Assembly: GCA_035652075.1 (NCBI GenBank)
Contig: DASREL010000107.1
Coordinates: forward strand, 12,385-76,384
Direction of reading: 5' to 3'
Length of the DNA: 64,000 nucleotides
DNA from: Vicinamibacterales bacterium
Lineage (GTDB): Bacteria > Acidobacteriota > Vicinamibacteria > Vicinamibacterales > CAVVIG01
The translations under genes were made by a program, and so were the position numbers. Positions 1 to 9,257 of this stretch are shown here, one piece after another; position 1 is the stretch's first letter; the number at the start of each line of letters is the position of its first letter. The notes under the pieces were generated by a model, which was given only the letters and a program-made list of their open reading frames with translations, made no database searches and had not been told where the DNA came from.

Positions 1-1
1 G

Positions 2-1147
2 AACGTCACGGTCAACGAAGAATTCTTCCAGGGACATTTTCCGGGCGCGCCGCTCTTGCCGGCGGTGCTGATGCTCGAATCGCTGCTGCAGGTCGCGGCG
101 CTGCTCCTGCTCGAGCGCGAGGATCGGCCGCCGGACATGCGCGTGTACTTGCGCGGCGTCAACGATGCGAAGTTCCGGCGCCAGGTCGTCCCCGGCGACC
201 GGCTGCGCCTCGAGATCTCGATGGGAAAGCGGCGGTCGTCGCTGGCGCGCGCGCAGGGGACCGCGTACGTCGGCGAGCAGATCGTGGCGGAAGCCGAACT
301 CCTGATCGGGCTGCGTCCCGATCGCACCGAGATCGATTCGACAGCGATCGTTGACCCGCGGGCGGTCATCGGCGAGGGGACGCAGATCGGTCCATCGGCG
401 AAGATCGGTCCGCACGTGCGCATCGGCAACAACGTCAAGATTGGCGCGTCAGCCGTCATCGACGGCTGGACTGAGGTCGGCGACGACACCGAGATCTATC
501 CGTTCGCGTCGATCGGGCTCGCGCCGCAGGATCTGAAATATCAGGGCGAGGCGACGAAGCTCGTCATCGGCCAGCGCAATATCTTCCGCGAGTTCGTCAC
601 GATCAACCGCGGCACCCGAGGCGGCGGCGGCGAGACGCGCATTGGCGATCGCAACCTGTTCATGGCGTACGTGCACGTGGCGCACGACTGCCACGTCGGC
701 AACGACATCATCTTCGGCCCGCAGGCGATGATTGGCGGTCACGTCACCATCGAGGATTACGCGAACATCAGCGCCGCGTCAGCGGTCCATCAGTTCTGCC
801 GCGTCGGCCAGCACGCGTTCATCGGCGGCTACTCGGTCGTGACCAAGGACGCGCTGCCATACGCGAAAACGGTCGGCAGCCGTCCCGCGCGGATCTTCGG
901 CGCGAACACGATCGGCTTGATGCGGCGCGGCATTTCGCCAGACGTGATCGACAAACTGAAGCGCACGTTCCGGTACCTGCTGCAGTCGAAGCTGAATACG
1001 ACGCGCGCGCTCGACAAGATCCAGAAGGACAAGTCGCTCGCGTGCGACGAAGTCCAGAACATCATCGACTTCATCCGCACCTCGCAGCGCGGCGTCATCC
1101 TCCGGCGCGCCACGCGGCGCGCTGAAGAAATCATGGCGGACGAATGA
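2..1147 (+). CDS. lpxA: FabZ-LpxA fused ORF (C-terminal part of 3-hydroxyacyl-ACP dehydratase joined in frame to acyl-ACP:UDP-GlcNAc O-acyltransferase); 5' end lies outside the window
   Basis: The frame is open from nt 2. It begins [26 protein letters not shown]...[10 protein letters not shown] (FabZ hot-dog fold motifs). Hexapeptide-repeat LpxA motifs follow ([36 protein letters not shown]). No stop codon or plausible internal start separates the two parts. Confidence 0.85.
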   Translation, partial: NVTVNEEFFQGHFPGAPLLPAVLMLESLLQVAALLLLEREDRPPDMRVYLRGVNDAKFRRQVVPGDRLRLEISMGKRRSSLARAQGTAYVGEQIVAEAELLIGLRPDRTEIDSTAIVDPRAVIGEGTQIGPSAKIGPHVRIGNNVKIGASAVIDGWTEVGDDTEIYPFASIGLAPQDLKYQGEATKLVIGQRNIFREFVTINRGTRGGGGETRIGDRNLFMAYVHVAHDCHVGNDIIFGPQAMIGGHVTIEDYANISAASAVHQFCRVGQHAFIGGYSVVTKDALPYAKTVGSRPARIFGANTIGLMRRGISPDVIDKLKRTFRYLLQSKLNTTRALDKIQKDKSLACDEVQNIIDFIRTSQRGVILRRATRRAEEIMADE

Positions 1148-1959
1148 AGCTGGGCCTCATCGCAGGCAACGGCCGATTCCCGTTCCTGGTGTTGGAGGCT
1201 GCTCGATCCGCCGGCCACGACGTCACCGTCATCGCGCTCAAAGAAGAAACGTTTCCCGATCTCGCCGACGCCGCGGCGCGGTCGCCGGCCGCGCCGCTCC
1301 ACTGGATTTCCATCGGCCAGCTCGGCGCCTGCATCAAGCTCCTGAAAGAGGCCGGTGTCTCGCAGGCGCTGATGGCGGGACAGGTGAAGCACACCAAGCT
1401 GTTCGACATCCGCCCCGACCTGACGCTCGGCAAAGTGTTGATGCGGCTCGCGACGAAGAACACCGACTCGCTGATTTCCGGCGTCGCCGACGTGTTGAAG
1501 AGCGAAGGCATCTCGCTGATCGATTCGACGGCGTTTCTCGGTCCGCTGATGGCGCGCGCGGGGACGTTGACGACGCGAGCGCCGGACGAAGAAGAGCGCC
1601 GCGACCTCGAGTTCGGCTATCGCGTCGCGGACACGATCGCCGGGATCGACATCGGCCAGACGATCGCGGTGAAGTCGGCGGCGGTGGTCGCGGTCGAGGC
1701 GATGGAAGGGACCGACGCCGTCATCGCGCGCGCCGGCCAACTCGCCGGCGCCGGTGTCCGCATCATCAAGGTGGCGAAACCGAATCAGGACATGCGGTTC
1801 GACGTCCCCGTCGTCGGCGTGTCGACGATCGAGACGATGAGGGCCGCCGGAGCGACGCTGCTGTCGGTGGATGCCGGCAAGACGCTGATGATCGACGGCG
1901 ACGCGATCGTCAAAGCGGCGGACGCGGCCGGCATCTGCATCGTGGGACGATCGCGATGA
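1144..1959 (+). CDS. lpxI: UDP-2,3-diacylglucosamine hydrolase LpxI (DUF1009 family)
   Basis: N-terminus [14 protein letters not shown] and motif [25 protein letters not shown] overlap with the lpxA stop. Lipid A gene context. Confidence 0.8.
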   Translation: MKLGLIAGNGRFPFLVLEAARSAGHDVTVIALKEETFPDLADAAARSPAAPLHWISIGQLGACIKLLKEAGVSQALMAGQVKHTKLFDIRPDLTLGKVLMRLATKNTDSLISGVADVLKSEGISLIDSTAFLGPLMARAGTLTTRAPDEEERRDLEFGYRVADTIAGIDIGQTIAVKSAAVVAVEAMEGTDAVIARAGQLAGAGVRIIKVAKPNQDMRFDVPVVGVSTIETMRAAGATLLSVDAGKTLMIDGDAIVKAADAAGICIVGRSR

Positions 1960-2876
1960 CGCAGCGTGTTGCGGTCGTAGGCGTCGGCCACCTCGGTCGT
2001 CACCACGCCCGGATCCTGGCGTCGCTGCCGGGTGTCGAGCTGGTGGCCGTCGTCGACACCAACCGGGCGCGCGCCGAGGAGATCGCGGCGGCGAGCCGGA
2101 CTCGGGCGCTGTTCGATACGAAGGATCTGCACGACCGCGTGGACGCCGTCACGATCGCGGTGCCGACCGAGCAGCATGCGGTCATCGCGACGCCGTTTCT
2201 CGCCGCGGGCGTTGGCGTCCTCGTCGAGAAACCGATGACCCGAACGCTCGCCGAAGCAGACGCCATGATTGCCGCGGCGGCGAAGGGCGGCGCGATACTC
2301 GCGGTCGGCCAGACGGAGCGGTTCAACCCCGCTGTGGATGCGGCGCGACCGCTGCTGACCGATCCGCGCTTCATCGAAGTCCATCGCCTCGGCACATTCC
2401 CCGAGCGGAGCCTCGACATCGACGTCGTCTTCGACCTGATGATTCACGACATCGACGTCGTGCTCTCGCTCGTCAATTCGGAGATCGAGTCGATCGACGC
2501 CGTTGGCGTCCCGGTGCTCACCGGCCGCGTCGACATCGCGAACGCGCGCGTGCGCTTCGCGAACGGCTGCATCGCGAACCTCACGGCGAGCCGCATCAGC
2601 CGCGATCGCGTGCGCAAGATCCGGTTCTTCCAGCCGTCCGCGTACGTGTCCATCGACTACGCCGCGCAGAAGGTGGAGCGATATCAGCTGGTGAAGGGCA
2701 CCGGGCCCAAACCCTCGATCGAAGGCGGAGATGTCGCGGTCGCGAACGAAGAGCCGCTCAAGCGCGAGCTAGAGGATTTCGTGGATGCGGTCGCCACCAG
2801 GCGTGCGCCGCGGGTTGATGGGGCGCAGGGGCGGCGAGCGCTGGCCCTCGCGCAACAAATTACGGATAAGATGTGA
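1956..2876 (+). CDS. Gfo/Idh/MocA family oxidoreductase
   Basis: N-terminal Rossmann motif [13 protein letters not shown]. Length and C-terminal domain are typical of the family. ATGA overlap with lpxI. Confidence 0.8.
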   Translation: MTQRVAVVGVGHLGRHHARILASLPGVELVAVVDTNRARAEEIAAASRTRALFDTKDLHDRVDAVTIAVPTEQHAVIATPFLAAGVGVLVEKPMTRTLAEADAMIAAAAKGGAILAVGQTERFNPAVDAARPLLTDPRFIEVHRLGTFPERSLDIDVVFDLMIHDIDVVLSLVNSEIESIDAVGVPVLTGRVDIANARVRFANGCIANLTASRISRDRVRKIRFFQPSAYVSIDYAAQKVERYQLVKGTGPKPSIEGGDVAVANEEPLKRELEDFVDAVATRRAPRVDGAQGRRALALAQQITDKM

Positions 2877-2880
2877 ACTC

Positions 2881-2966
2881 CACGAAACACACGAAAACAC
2901 GAAACGCACGAAACACTCTTTGTACAAAAGACCTTTCGTGGGCTTCGTGCTTTCGTGGCTTTCGTG
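2881..2966. repeat. Heptamer-array hairpin: CACGAAA x4 followed by TTTCGTG x4
   Basis: CACGAAA starts at 2881, 2890, 2898 and 2907. TTTCGTG/CTTCGTG starts at 2934, 2943, 2951 and 2960. Both arms show spacings of 9, 8, 9. The apex is CTTTGTACAAAAG. Confidence 0.9.
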
Positions 2967-2975
2967 GCCAAGCCC

Positions 2976-4418
2976 ATGTACCAAGACCTGTCTGATTTCT
3001 TGGCGGATCTCGACCGCCGCAAGCTGCTCGCGCGCATCACCGATCCCGTCAGCCCCAATCTCGAGATCGCCGCGGTCACCGATCGCGTCTGCAAGATGCC
3101 TGGCGGCGGACCGGCGCTGCTGTTCGACGCGCCGACCGGCTACGACATCCCCGTTGCCTCGAACGTGTACGGCTCGCTGGAGCGCATGTGTCTCGCGCTG
3201 GGCGTGAAGGCGCTGGACGATCTCGCATCCGAGATCGACGAGTTGATGACGCCGCAGATGCCCGAAGGGATCATGGACGCGCTGAAGATGCTGCCGATGG
3301 TCGGCCGCCTGCGCGATCTGATGCCGAAGACGGTGAAGGATGCGCCCTGTCAGGAAGTCGTCGACAAGAACGCGCCCCTCGACTCGCTGCCGATCCTGAA
3401 ATGCTGGCCCGAGGACGGCGGGAAATACATCACGTTCCCGCTCGTGTTCACCAAAGATCCCGAAACCGGCATGCGCAACATCGGCACGTATCGCATGCAG
3501 GTGTACGACGGACGCTCGACGGGGATGCACTGGCAGCGTCACAAGGGCGGCGCGCAGCACTATCGCGTCGCCGAGCGCCTCGGGAAGCGACTCGACGTCG
3601 CGGTGGCGCTCAGCGCCGAACCGGCGTTGCCGTACTGCGCGACGGCGCCGATGCCGGAGGGACTCGACGAGCTGTTGCTCGGTGGATTCCTGTCGCGGAA
3701 GCGGATCGAGATGGTGAAGTGCGTCACCGTGGATCTCGAGGTCCCGGCGAGTTCGCACTTCGTCCTCGAGGGTTACGTCGAGCCGGGCGAACGCCGGCGC
3801 GAAGGGCCGTTCGGCGATCACACCGGCCTCTACTCGCAGCCCGACGACTTCCCGGTGTTCCACCTGACGTGCATCACGCGTCGGAAAAAGCCCACGTACC
3901 TGACGACGGTCGTCGGCGTGCCGCCGATGGAGGATTACTACCTCGGGCTGGCGAGCGAGCGGATCTTTCTGCCGATGATCAAGAAAACGCTGCCCGAGAT
4001 CGTCGACATGCATTTTCCAGCCGAGGGCATCTTCCACAATCTCGTGATCGTGTCGATCGACAAGCGGTATCCCGGTCACGCGCGCAAGATCATGAACGCG
4101 TTCTGGGGACTCGGTCAGCTGATGTTCTCGAAAACGATCATCGTCGTCGACAAGGATGTCGACGTCCACAATCTGAGCCAGGTCGCGTGGATCGTCGGCA
4201 CGCACTACGACCCGCTCCGCGACATCCAGATGACCAAAGGGCCGGTCGACGACCTCGACGATGCGGCGGATTTGCCGGCGTATGGAGGGAAGATGGGCGT
4301 CGACGCGACGAAGAAGTGGGCGAGCGAAGGGTACACGCGCAATTGGCCGGCTCGGGTCTCGACCACCGAAGCCGCCGGCCGCCGCGCCGCCGAAATCCTC
4401 TCTCGCCTGCGTATGTAG
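2976..4418 (+). CDS. UbiD-family decarboxylase (menaquinone-pathway type)
   Basis: MYQDLSDFLADLDRRKLLARI start, NVYGS, and GTYRMQV...HWQRHKGG motifs of UbiD. I prefer ATG 2976 over the track start at 2955, which lies inside the repeat. Confidence 0.85.
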   Translation: MYQDLSDFLADLDRRKLLARITDPVSPNLEIAAVTDRVCKMPGGGPALLFDAPTGYDIPVASNVYGSLERMCLALGVKALDDLASEIDELMTPQMPEGIMDALKMLPMVGRLRDLMPKTVKDAPCQEVVDKNAPLDSLPILKCWPEDGGKYITFPLVFTKDPETGMRNIGTYRMQVYDGRSTGMHWQRHKGGAQHYRVAERLGKRLDVAVALSAEPALPYCATAPMPEGLDELLLGGFLSRKRIEMVKCVTVDLEVPASSHFVLEGYVEPGERRREGPFGDHTGLYSQPDDFPVFHLTCITRRKKPTYLTTVVGVPPMEDYYLGLASERIFLPMIKKTLPEIVDMHFPAEGIFHNLVIVSIDKRYPGHARKIMNAFWGLGQLMFSKTIIVVDKDVDVHNLSQVAWIVGTHYDPLRDIQMTKGPVDDLDDAADLPAYGGKMGVDATKKWASEGYTRNWPARVSTTEAAGRRAAEILSRLRM

Positions 4419-4428
4419 TATTCGGCGT

Positions 4429-4935
4429 TCAGCCGGACCCGAACACGATCGTGTCGTGCTCGCCGGCCTCCGCAACCTGACCGGTCGCGACCGCGCGCAC
4501 GACGCCCCACAGGCGCACTAATCGACTCGACGGCACGTCCCAGTAATCCACGCGGTCGATCGTCACGGTAAAGATCGCGCTGTCCGGATCGTCGGCACCT
4601 TTCGGAAACCACGCGCGATACGTCGGGTTCCACATCTCATGCATCCGCGCGACATCGTGCGTCACCGAGGCGCGGCCGCTGACCGAGACGTAGCGATCGC
4701 CCTTGTCGCTGATGAAGGTGACGTTGACGCGCGGATCGCGGTGGACGTCGGTGGTCTTCTGTGACGAGAGGTGAGTGAGGAACACGAGCGAGGCATCCCG
4801 CTCGACGCGCTCCAGCAGCATCGGCCTCGCATGCAGCGCATCGTCGGTCGCGACGGTGGTGACCATCGCGACCGGGATGCCGTCGATCAGCCGCCGCAAC
4901 TCAGCGACTGCGCGATCCTGATCGCTTTGAACCAC
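4429..4935 (-). CDS. Pyridoxamine 5'-phosphate oxidase-like / general stress protein 26 family
   Basis: AELRRLIDGIPVAMVTTV...ALHARPM...VTFISDKGDRYVSVSG pattern of the GSP26/PNPOx-like fold. The start is set at in-frame GTG 4935. The longer track ORF would read through the upstream gene. Confidence 0.7.
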   Translation of the reverse strand: MVQSDQDRAVAELRRLIDGIPVAMVTTVATDDALHARPMLLERVERDASLVFLTHLSSQKTTDVHRDPRVNVTFISDKGDRYVSVSGRASVTHDVARMHEMWNPTYRAWFPKGADDPDSAIFTVTIDRVDYWDVPSSRLVRLWGVVRAVATGQVAEAGEHDTIVFGSG

Positions 4936-5587
4936 GTGAACCTTTTGAACCTCTTGAACCTCTTGAACCCCTTGAACCTGTATCGCTCGCCTGCGCCGGC
5001 ATGAACCGCCGCACGGCACCGCCGACGGTCTGGCCGACGAGCTGTGCGCCGCGCTGCAGCACGTCCATCGTCTTCAGCGTCTGGTCGTGCCATTCTTTCG
5101 ACGCCGCACGGTTGACGCCGCCCTCGGCGATCGCGGTCAATTTCTTGTCGGCGTTCTTCTCGTCCTTCAGGTTTTGTTCGAGCAGCTTCGCGACCTGTTT
5201 CTCGCCAAGGACGCTGGCGTACGTGCGGACGGTGCCGTAGGTGGCGATCTCGTAGTGCTCGACCTTTTGCGCGGCGGTGATCAGCATCGCATCGAGAAGC
5301 GCGCCAGGCTCGCCGCTTTCCATCAGCTCCTGGCCTTCTTCGAGCAGTCCTTCCATCGCCTCGCACGTCTTGCCCGATGCATCCTCTTTGAGCGCCTTCA
5401 GCGCCTGGCTGACGCGGCGTTCGTGCGTCTTGGTCTCCGCGAGATGTTTGCGAAACGCCGACTGCAGCTCCTTGCGCGAGGCCTTCTCGGCCATCATCGG
5501 CAACGCTTCGATGAGCTGCTGTTCAGCGTTCAATAAATCGTTCAGTTCCTCGACAAGATGTTCACGGAGTGACGCGACTGATGCCAT
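4901..5587 (-). CDS. DUF892 / YciE-YciF ferritin-like stress protein with a Gly-Ser-Arg repeat tail
   Basis: MASVASLREHLVEELNDLLNAEQQLIEALPMMAEKA and KVEHYEIATYGT motifs. GGAGG lies 7 nt upstream of ATG 5587. The tail GSRGSRGSRGSKGSRGSK is encoded by the 9-nt array. Confidence 0.8.
   Translation of the reverse strand: MASVASLREHLVEELNDLLNAEQQLIEALPMMAEKASRKELQSAFRKHLAETKTHERRVSQALKALKEDASGKTCEAMEGLLEEGQELMESGEPGALLDAMLITAAQKVEHYEIATYGTVRTYASVLGEKQVAKLLEQNLKDEKNADKKLTAIAEGGVNRAASKEWHDQTLKTMDVLQRGAQLVGQTVGGAVRRFMPAQASDTGSRGSRGSRGSKGSRGSKRSGSRSR
4926..4979. repeat. 9-nt tandem array (TTGAACCYN x6)
   Basis: tttgaacca cgtgaacct tttgaacct cttgaacct cttgaaccc cttgaacct. Direct repeats only. Confidence 0.9.
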
Positions 5588-5620
5588 CTCTGGACCTCCA
5601 GACGCTTTTGTGCACAATGA

Positions 5621-6094
5621 ATGCCACACAAGAGATGGTGCGTGGTGCGTAGTGCGGTGTGCGTGATGGCATTGTGCGCGGTTGCGTGTGGTGGGCCCGA
5701 CCGCGCGATTGGGGCGCGGCTCGCCTCGCCGGCGAAATTGACGTCAGAAGAAATTGCGCAGACGCTGCAGGCCGTGGGGCGCGCGATGCGCGGACGTCAG
5801 CCGCGGGTGAAGCAGGGCGCGGTTACGCGTCCGCTCGACGAGCGTGAACGCGCGCAGGTGTTCGACGTCCTGGCCGATGCGCGCGGACTCGAAGACGTCG
5901 GCATCAAGCAGAACGACGGCGTCACTGCGCGCGGACTCCGCGTGCCCGCCACGTCACCGCAATCGGAGATCGAAGCCACCGGCACCCTGTGGATTGACGT
6001 CAACACGCTACTCCCGCGCCGATACGACTTCGCGTACGCGATGCCGGGTTTCGGCGATTACACGCTGGACCTCACTTTCGAAAACACACCATGA
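5621..6094 (+). CDS. Hypothetical lipoprotein/secreted protein
   Basis: Hydrophobic N-terminus with a lipobox-like LCAVAC. GC3-rich frame. ATGA coupling to the next gene. No family recognised. Confidence 0.5.
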   Translation: MPHKRWCVVRSAVCVMALCAVACGGPDRAIGARLASPAKLTSEEIAQTLQAVGRAMRGRQPRVKQGAVTRPLDERERAQVFDVLADARGLEDVGIKQNDGVTARGLRVPATSPQSEIEATGTLWIDVNTLLPRRYDFAYAMPGFGDYTLDLTFENTP

Positions 6095-7041
6095 CAACAC
6101 GCTGGATTCCGCTCGCCGCTGTGGCCGTTGCCGTTTCCGTCTCAGTTGCAGTTGGCAGGGGTCAATCGCAACCGACGTCCTCTCACACGTTCAAAGAGAT
6201 CGCGCCTGGTGTGTACAGCGCCATCGGCAGCAGCACGTCGAACGCCGGATCGAATTCGGCGGTGATCGTCAATCAAGACGACGTGGTGATCGTCGATTCG
6301 CATATGACGCCCGACGCCGGACGCGCGTTGCTGCAGGACATCAAGACGATCACGAACAAGCCGGTGCGGTTCTTGATCAACACACATTTCCACTACGACC
6401 ACACCGACGGCAACCAGGCGTTTCCCAAGCCGATCGACATCATCGGCACCGAGTACACGCGCGCGCGGCTGAGCGCGCCGGACTACATGAAGAAGGGGAT
6501 GCTCGGGAATCTGTTGGCCGGCCAGAACACGTTGGCGCCGCAGTTGAAAGACCTGACGCCGATCGCGCCCAACGTCACGCTCGACGAGCGCATGACGCTG
6601 TGGCGCGGCGATCGCGAGATCCGGTTGCTGTATCTCGGTCGCGGCCACACCGGCGGCGACGTGGTCGTCTATTTGCCGAAAGAGAAAGTGCTGTGCACCG
6701 GAGATCTGCTCGTCAACCAAATCGCCAACTTGATCGACGGGTTCGTCGACGTCTGGCCGGACACACTCGAGAAGTTGAAACCCGTCGACTTCACCGACGT
6801 GATCCCAGGCCACGGCGAACCCTTCAAAGGCAAAGAGCGGATCGACTGGTTCCAGGCGTACCTGCGCGATCTCTGGAAGCAGGCCACGGCGCTGCACGAT
6901 AAGAAGGTTCCAGCCGCCGACGCGGCGAAGCAAATCGACATGTCCGCGCACAAAGCGCAGTACGCGAGCATCAACGGTCCAGGCGTCAACCCGGCCTACG
7001 TGTCACGTATGTATGAGGTGATGGAAAAGCGCGCGGAATAG
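6091..7041 (+). CDS. MBL-fold metallo-hydrolase, secreted
   Basis: Signal-like N-terminus. HFHYDHTDGN (HxHxDH) and GHG/HGEP metal ligands. Confidence 0.85.
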   Translation: MTTRWIPLAAVAVAVSVSVAVGRGQSQPTSSHTFKEIAPGVYSAIGSSTSNAGSNSAVIVNQDDVVIVDSHMTPDAGRALLQDIKTITNKPVRFLINTHFHYDHTDGNQAFPKPIDIIGTEYTRARLSAPDYMKKGMLGNLLAGQNTLAPQLKDLTPIAPNVTLDERMTLWRGDREIRLLYLGRGHTGGDVVVYLPKEKVLCTGDLLVNQIANLIDGFVDVWPDTLEKLKPVDFTDVIPGHGEPFKGKERIDWFQAYLRDLWKQATALHDKKVPAADAAKQIDMSAHKAQYASINGPGVNPAYVSRMYEVMEKRAE

Positions 7042-7052
7042 TCGTTGCATTC

Positions 7053-7613
7053 TTGAGCTGTATGGCCACCACAACTGCAACAAACGGGTTCGTGATGCGG
7101 CTCATTGGCGCACTCTCGCTCGACCCGCCAATCTACGAAGAGGTCGAAGCAGACCCGACAGCCACCGGTCAGGCGCTGACCGTCGTCTTGCTGTCGAGCC
7201 TCGCGACCGGCTTCGGTGCGCGTGGTTTCGGCGACATCACGCTTCAAAGCATCCTGTTCTTCACGACGCTCGCGCTGCTCGGGTGGGCCGCGTGGGCGCT
7301 CCTCACGTTCGAAATCGGGTATCGACTGATGCCGACGCCGCAAACGCGCGCCGATGTCGGCCAGTTACTGCGGACCACCGGATTTGCGGCGACGCCGGGT
7401 CTCTTCCGGATTTTCGGCATCATGCCGGGCGCCACGTGGCCGGTGTTCGCGGCGACGTCTGTGTGGATGCTCGCGGCCATGGTCGTCGGCGTCCGTCAGG
7501 CGCTCGACTACACGAGCACCGCGCGCGCAATTGCCGTCTGCGTCCTCGGGTGGGCGCTCGCGCTCGCGATTGGTCTCGTCATCGGCTTGTTCTTCGGACC
7601 GACGCTGTCGTAA
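7053..7613 (+). CDS. Yip1-family integral membrane protein
   Basis: Motif LSLDPPIYEEVEADPTATGQAL followed by about five hydrophobic helices. The start could instead be ATG 7062. Confidence 0.65.
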   Translation: MSCMATTTATNGFVMRLIGALSLDPPIYEEVEADPTATGQALTVVLLSSLATGFGARGFGDITLQSILFFTTLALLGWAAWALLTFEIGYRLMPTPQTRADVGQLLRTTGFAATPGLFRIFGIMPGATWPVFAATSVWMLAAMVVGVRQALDYTSTARAIAVCVLGWALALAIGLVIGLFFGPTLS

Positions 7614-7623
7614 GCTCGATCGG

Positions 7624-8466
7624 TTGGATCAAGAGCTGGTCACGCTCGCGGCGTCGCACGACATCATCAGCATCGGCATGCTCGCAGACGACGTTCGTCG
7701 TCGCCTCCACGGGACGAAGACGACGTTCGTCCGCGTCGCGACGGTTTCTGCCGAACCTGGCGCGCCGACCACGATTCCGCCCGCCGCCGGCGAAGTACGC
7801 ATCACCGGCGCGCCGTCGGCGCGATCGAGTGCCGCCGAGCGCGTGCGCGAAGTGATCGCGGCCGCGAGCGGCGTCGCCGTGTCCGCGTTTTCGCTCGCGG
7901 ATCTCGAATCGCTCGCCGCGACCGAACAGATCGCGCTGCGTGCGCTTCTCGAAGAGTTGCGCGGCGCCGGTCTGGAGCTGATCGCCGAGGCGCCCATCAA
8001 CAAGCTGCAAGACGCACGGCGCTCGATCGAAGCCCTGAACATCGCCGGCCTCGCGCTGGCGCGGCTGACGGTCGATCAGTCGCCGTCCGCGGATCCGTTG
8101 CCCCTGCTCAAAGGTGTGTCAGACCTCCAGCGTGACGTCGCCGTGATTCGCGCGTTTGCGCCGCTGCCGCGCCGCGTCAATCCCGCGGCGCCGTCGACCG
8201 GCTACGACGATGTCAAGCGGGTCGCGCTGGCGCGGATCGTGTGCGACAACATTCCGTCGATCCAGGTGGACTGGTCGCTGTATGGACCGAAACTCGCGCA
8301 GGTCGCCTTGACAGTCGGGGCCGACGACGTGGACGCGATCGCCGCCGAGGACGATCAATCGCAAGGGCACCGGCGGTCGCCGCTCGAAGAAATCCGCCGG
8401 AACATCCGCGCGGCCGGGTTCGAACCAGTGGAGCGCTCCGGCCGCTTCGACGCCATTTCCGAATGA
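7624..8466 (+). CDS. MqnC/MqnE-like protein lacking the radical-SAM CxxxCxxC cluster motif
   Basis: Collinear similarity to the downstream MqnC/E-type enzyme. For example, DDVKRVALARIVCDNIPSIQVDWSLYGPKLAQVALTVGADDVD matches IDYLRTLAIARIVLDNFDNLQASWVTQGGKVGQLSLAFGANDMG. The whole protein has only one Cys. The start is uncertain (TTG 7624 or ATG 7678). Confidence 0.6.
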   Translation: MDQELVTLAASHDIISIGMLADDVRRRLHGTKTTFVRVATVSAEPGAPTTIPPAAGEVRITGAPSARSSAAERVREVIAAASGVAVSAFSLADLESLAATEQIALRALLEELRGAGLELIAEAPINKLQDARRSIEALNIAGLALARLTVDQSPSADPLPLLKGVSDLQRDVAVIRAFAPLPRRVNPAAPSTGYDDVKRVALARIVCDNIPSIQVDWSLYGPKLAQVALTVGADDVDAIAAEDDQSQGHRRSPLEEIRRNIRAAGFEPVERSGRFDAISE

Positions 8467-9257
8467 ACACAGTCAGGGTTGGCGCGGTTGGCTATCTGAA
8501 TGCCCGTCCGCTCGTGTACGGGCTCGACCGATATCCGCGGTTCGATGTTCGCTACGACGTCCCGTCCGAGTGCGCGCGGCTGCTGCACGCGCACGAGACG
8601 GACATCGGCTTGATCCCATCGATCGAATATCTGCGCGGCGGTCCGTATCGCATCGTTCCGGATCTCGCGATCGCCTCGAGCGGTCCGGTGGCCTCGGTCG
8701 CGATCTTCACGACGAAACCGATCGCCGACGTGACGTCGATTGCGATGGACACGAGCTCGCGCACGAGCGTCGCGTTGACGCGCGTGCTCTGCGCGAAGCA
8801 TTTCAAGATCAACCCGACGTTCGAATCGCGTGGACCCGATCTCGACGACATGCTCGCGCACGCGGATGCCGCGTTGATTATTGGAGACAATGCGCTCTTC
8901 CAGCAGCCAGCCGCCAACAGCCAGCCGCTGGAGAAGATCGATCTCGGCGATGTCTGGACGCGCTTCACGGGCCTGCCGTTCGTGTACGCATTCTGGGCCG
9001 GTCGCGCCGGCGCGCTGGCCGCGGACGATGTGGAGGCGCTGCAGCACGCGCGGAACGAAGGGGAACAGCGGCCCGAGCAGCTCGCGCGCGAATTTCTCGA
9101 AGGGATGCCCGAGCGCTGGGACACCGGCGGCCGCTACCTACGGCACAATATCAAGTACCATCTCGGCGAGGACGAGCGAGCGGGCCTCGAGACGTTCTAT
9201 CGCTACGCGGCCGAAGTCGGCGTCGTCCCGAGCGCGAAGGTTCCGGAATTTTTTTAA
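8463..9257 (+). CDS. mqnA: Chorismate dehydratase MqnA (futalosine pathway)
   Basis: MNTVRVGAVGYLNARPLVYGL and IGLIPSIEY motifs. ATGA overlap with the upstream ORF. Confidence 0.85.
   Translation: MNTVRVGAVGYLNARPLVYGLDRYPRFDVRYDVPSECARLLHAHETDIGLIPSIEYLRGGPYRIVPDLAIASSGPVASVAIFTTKPIADVTSIAMDTSSRTSVALTRVLCAKHFKINPTFESRGPDLDDMLAHADAALIIGDNALFQQPAANSQPLEKIDLGDVWTRFTGLPFVYAFWAGRAGALAADDVEALQHARNEGEQRPEQLAREFLEGMPERWDTGGRYLRHNIKYHLGEDERAGLETFYRYAAEVGVVPSAKVPEFF

Noticed and set aside
2769-4475. 568-aa minus-strand ORF antisense to the UbiD-family gene. Similar long antisense ORFs occur at 24413-25984, 38826-40376, 50712-51878 and 60529-61983.
   Set aside because: No recognisable domains and an Arg-rich composition. 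Each is fully overlapped by a sense gene with clear family motifs.
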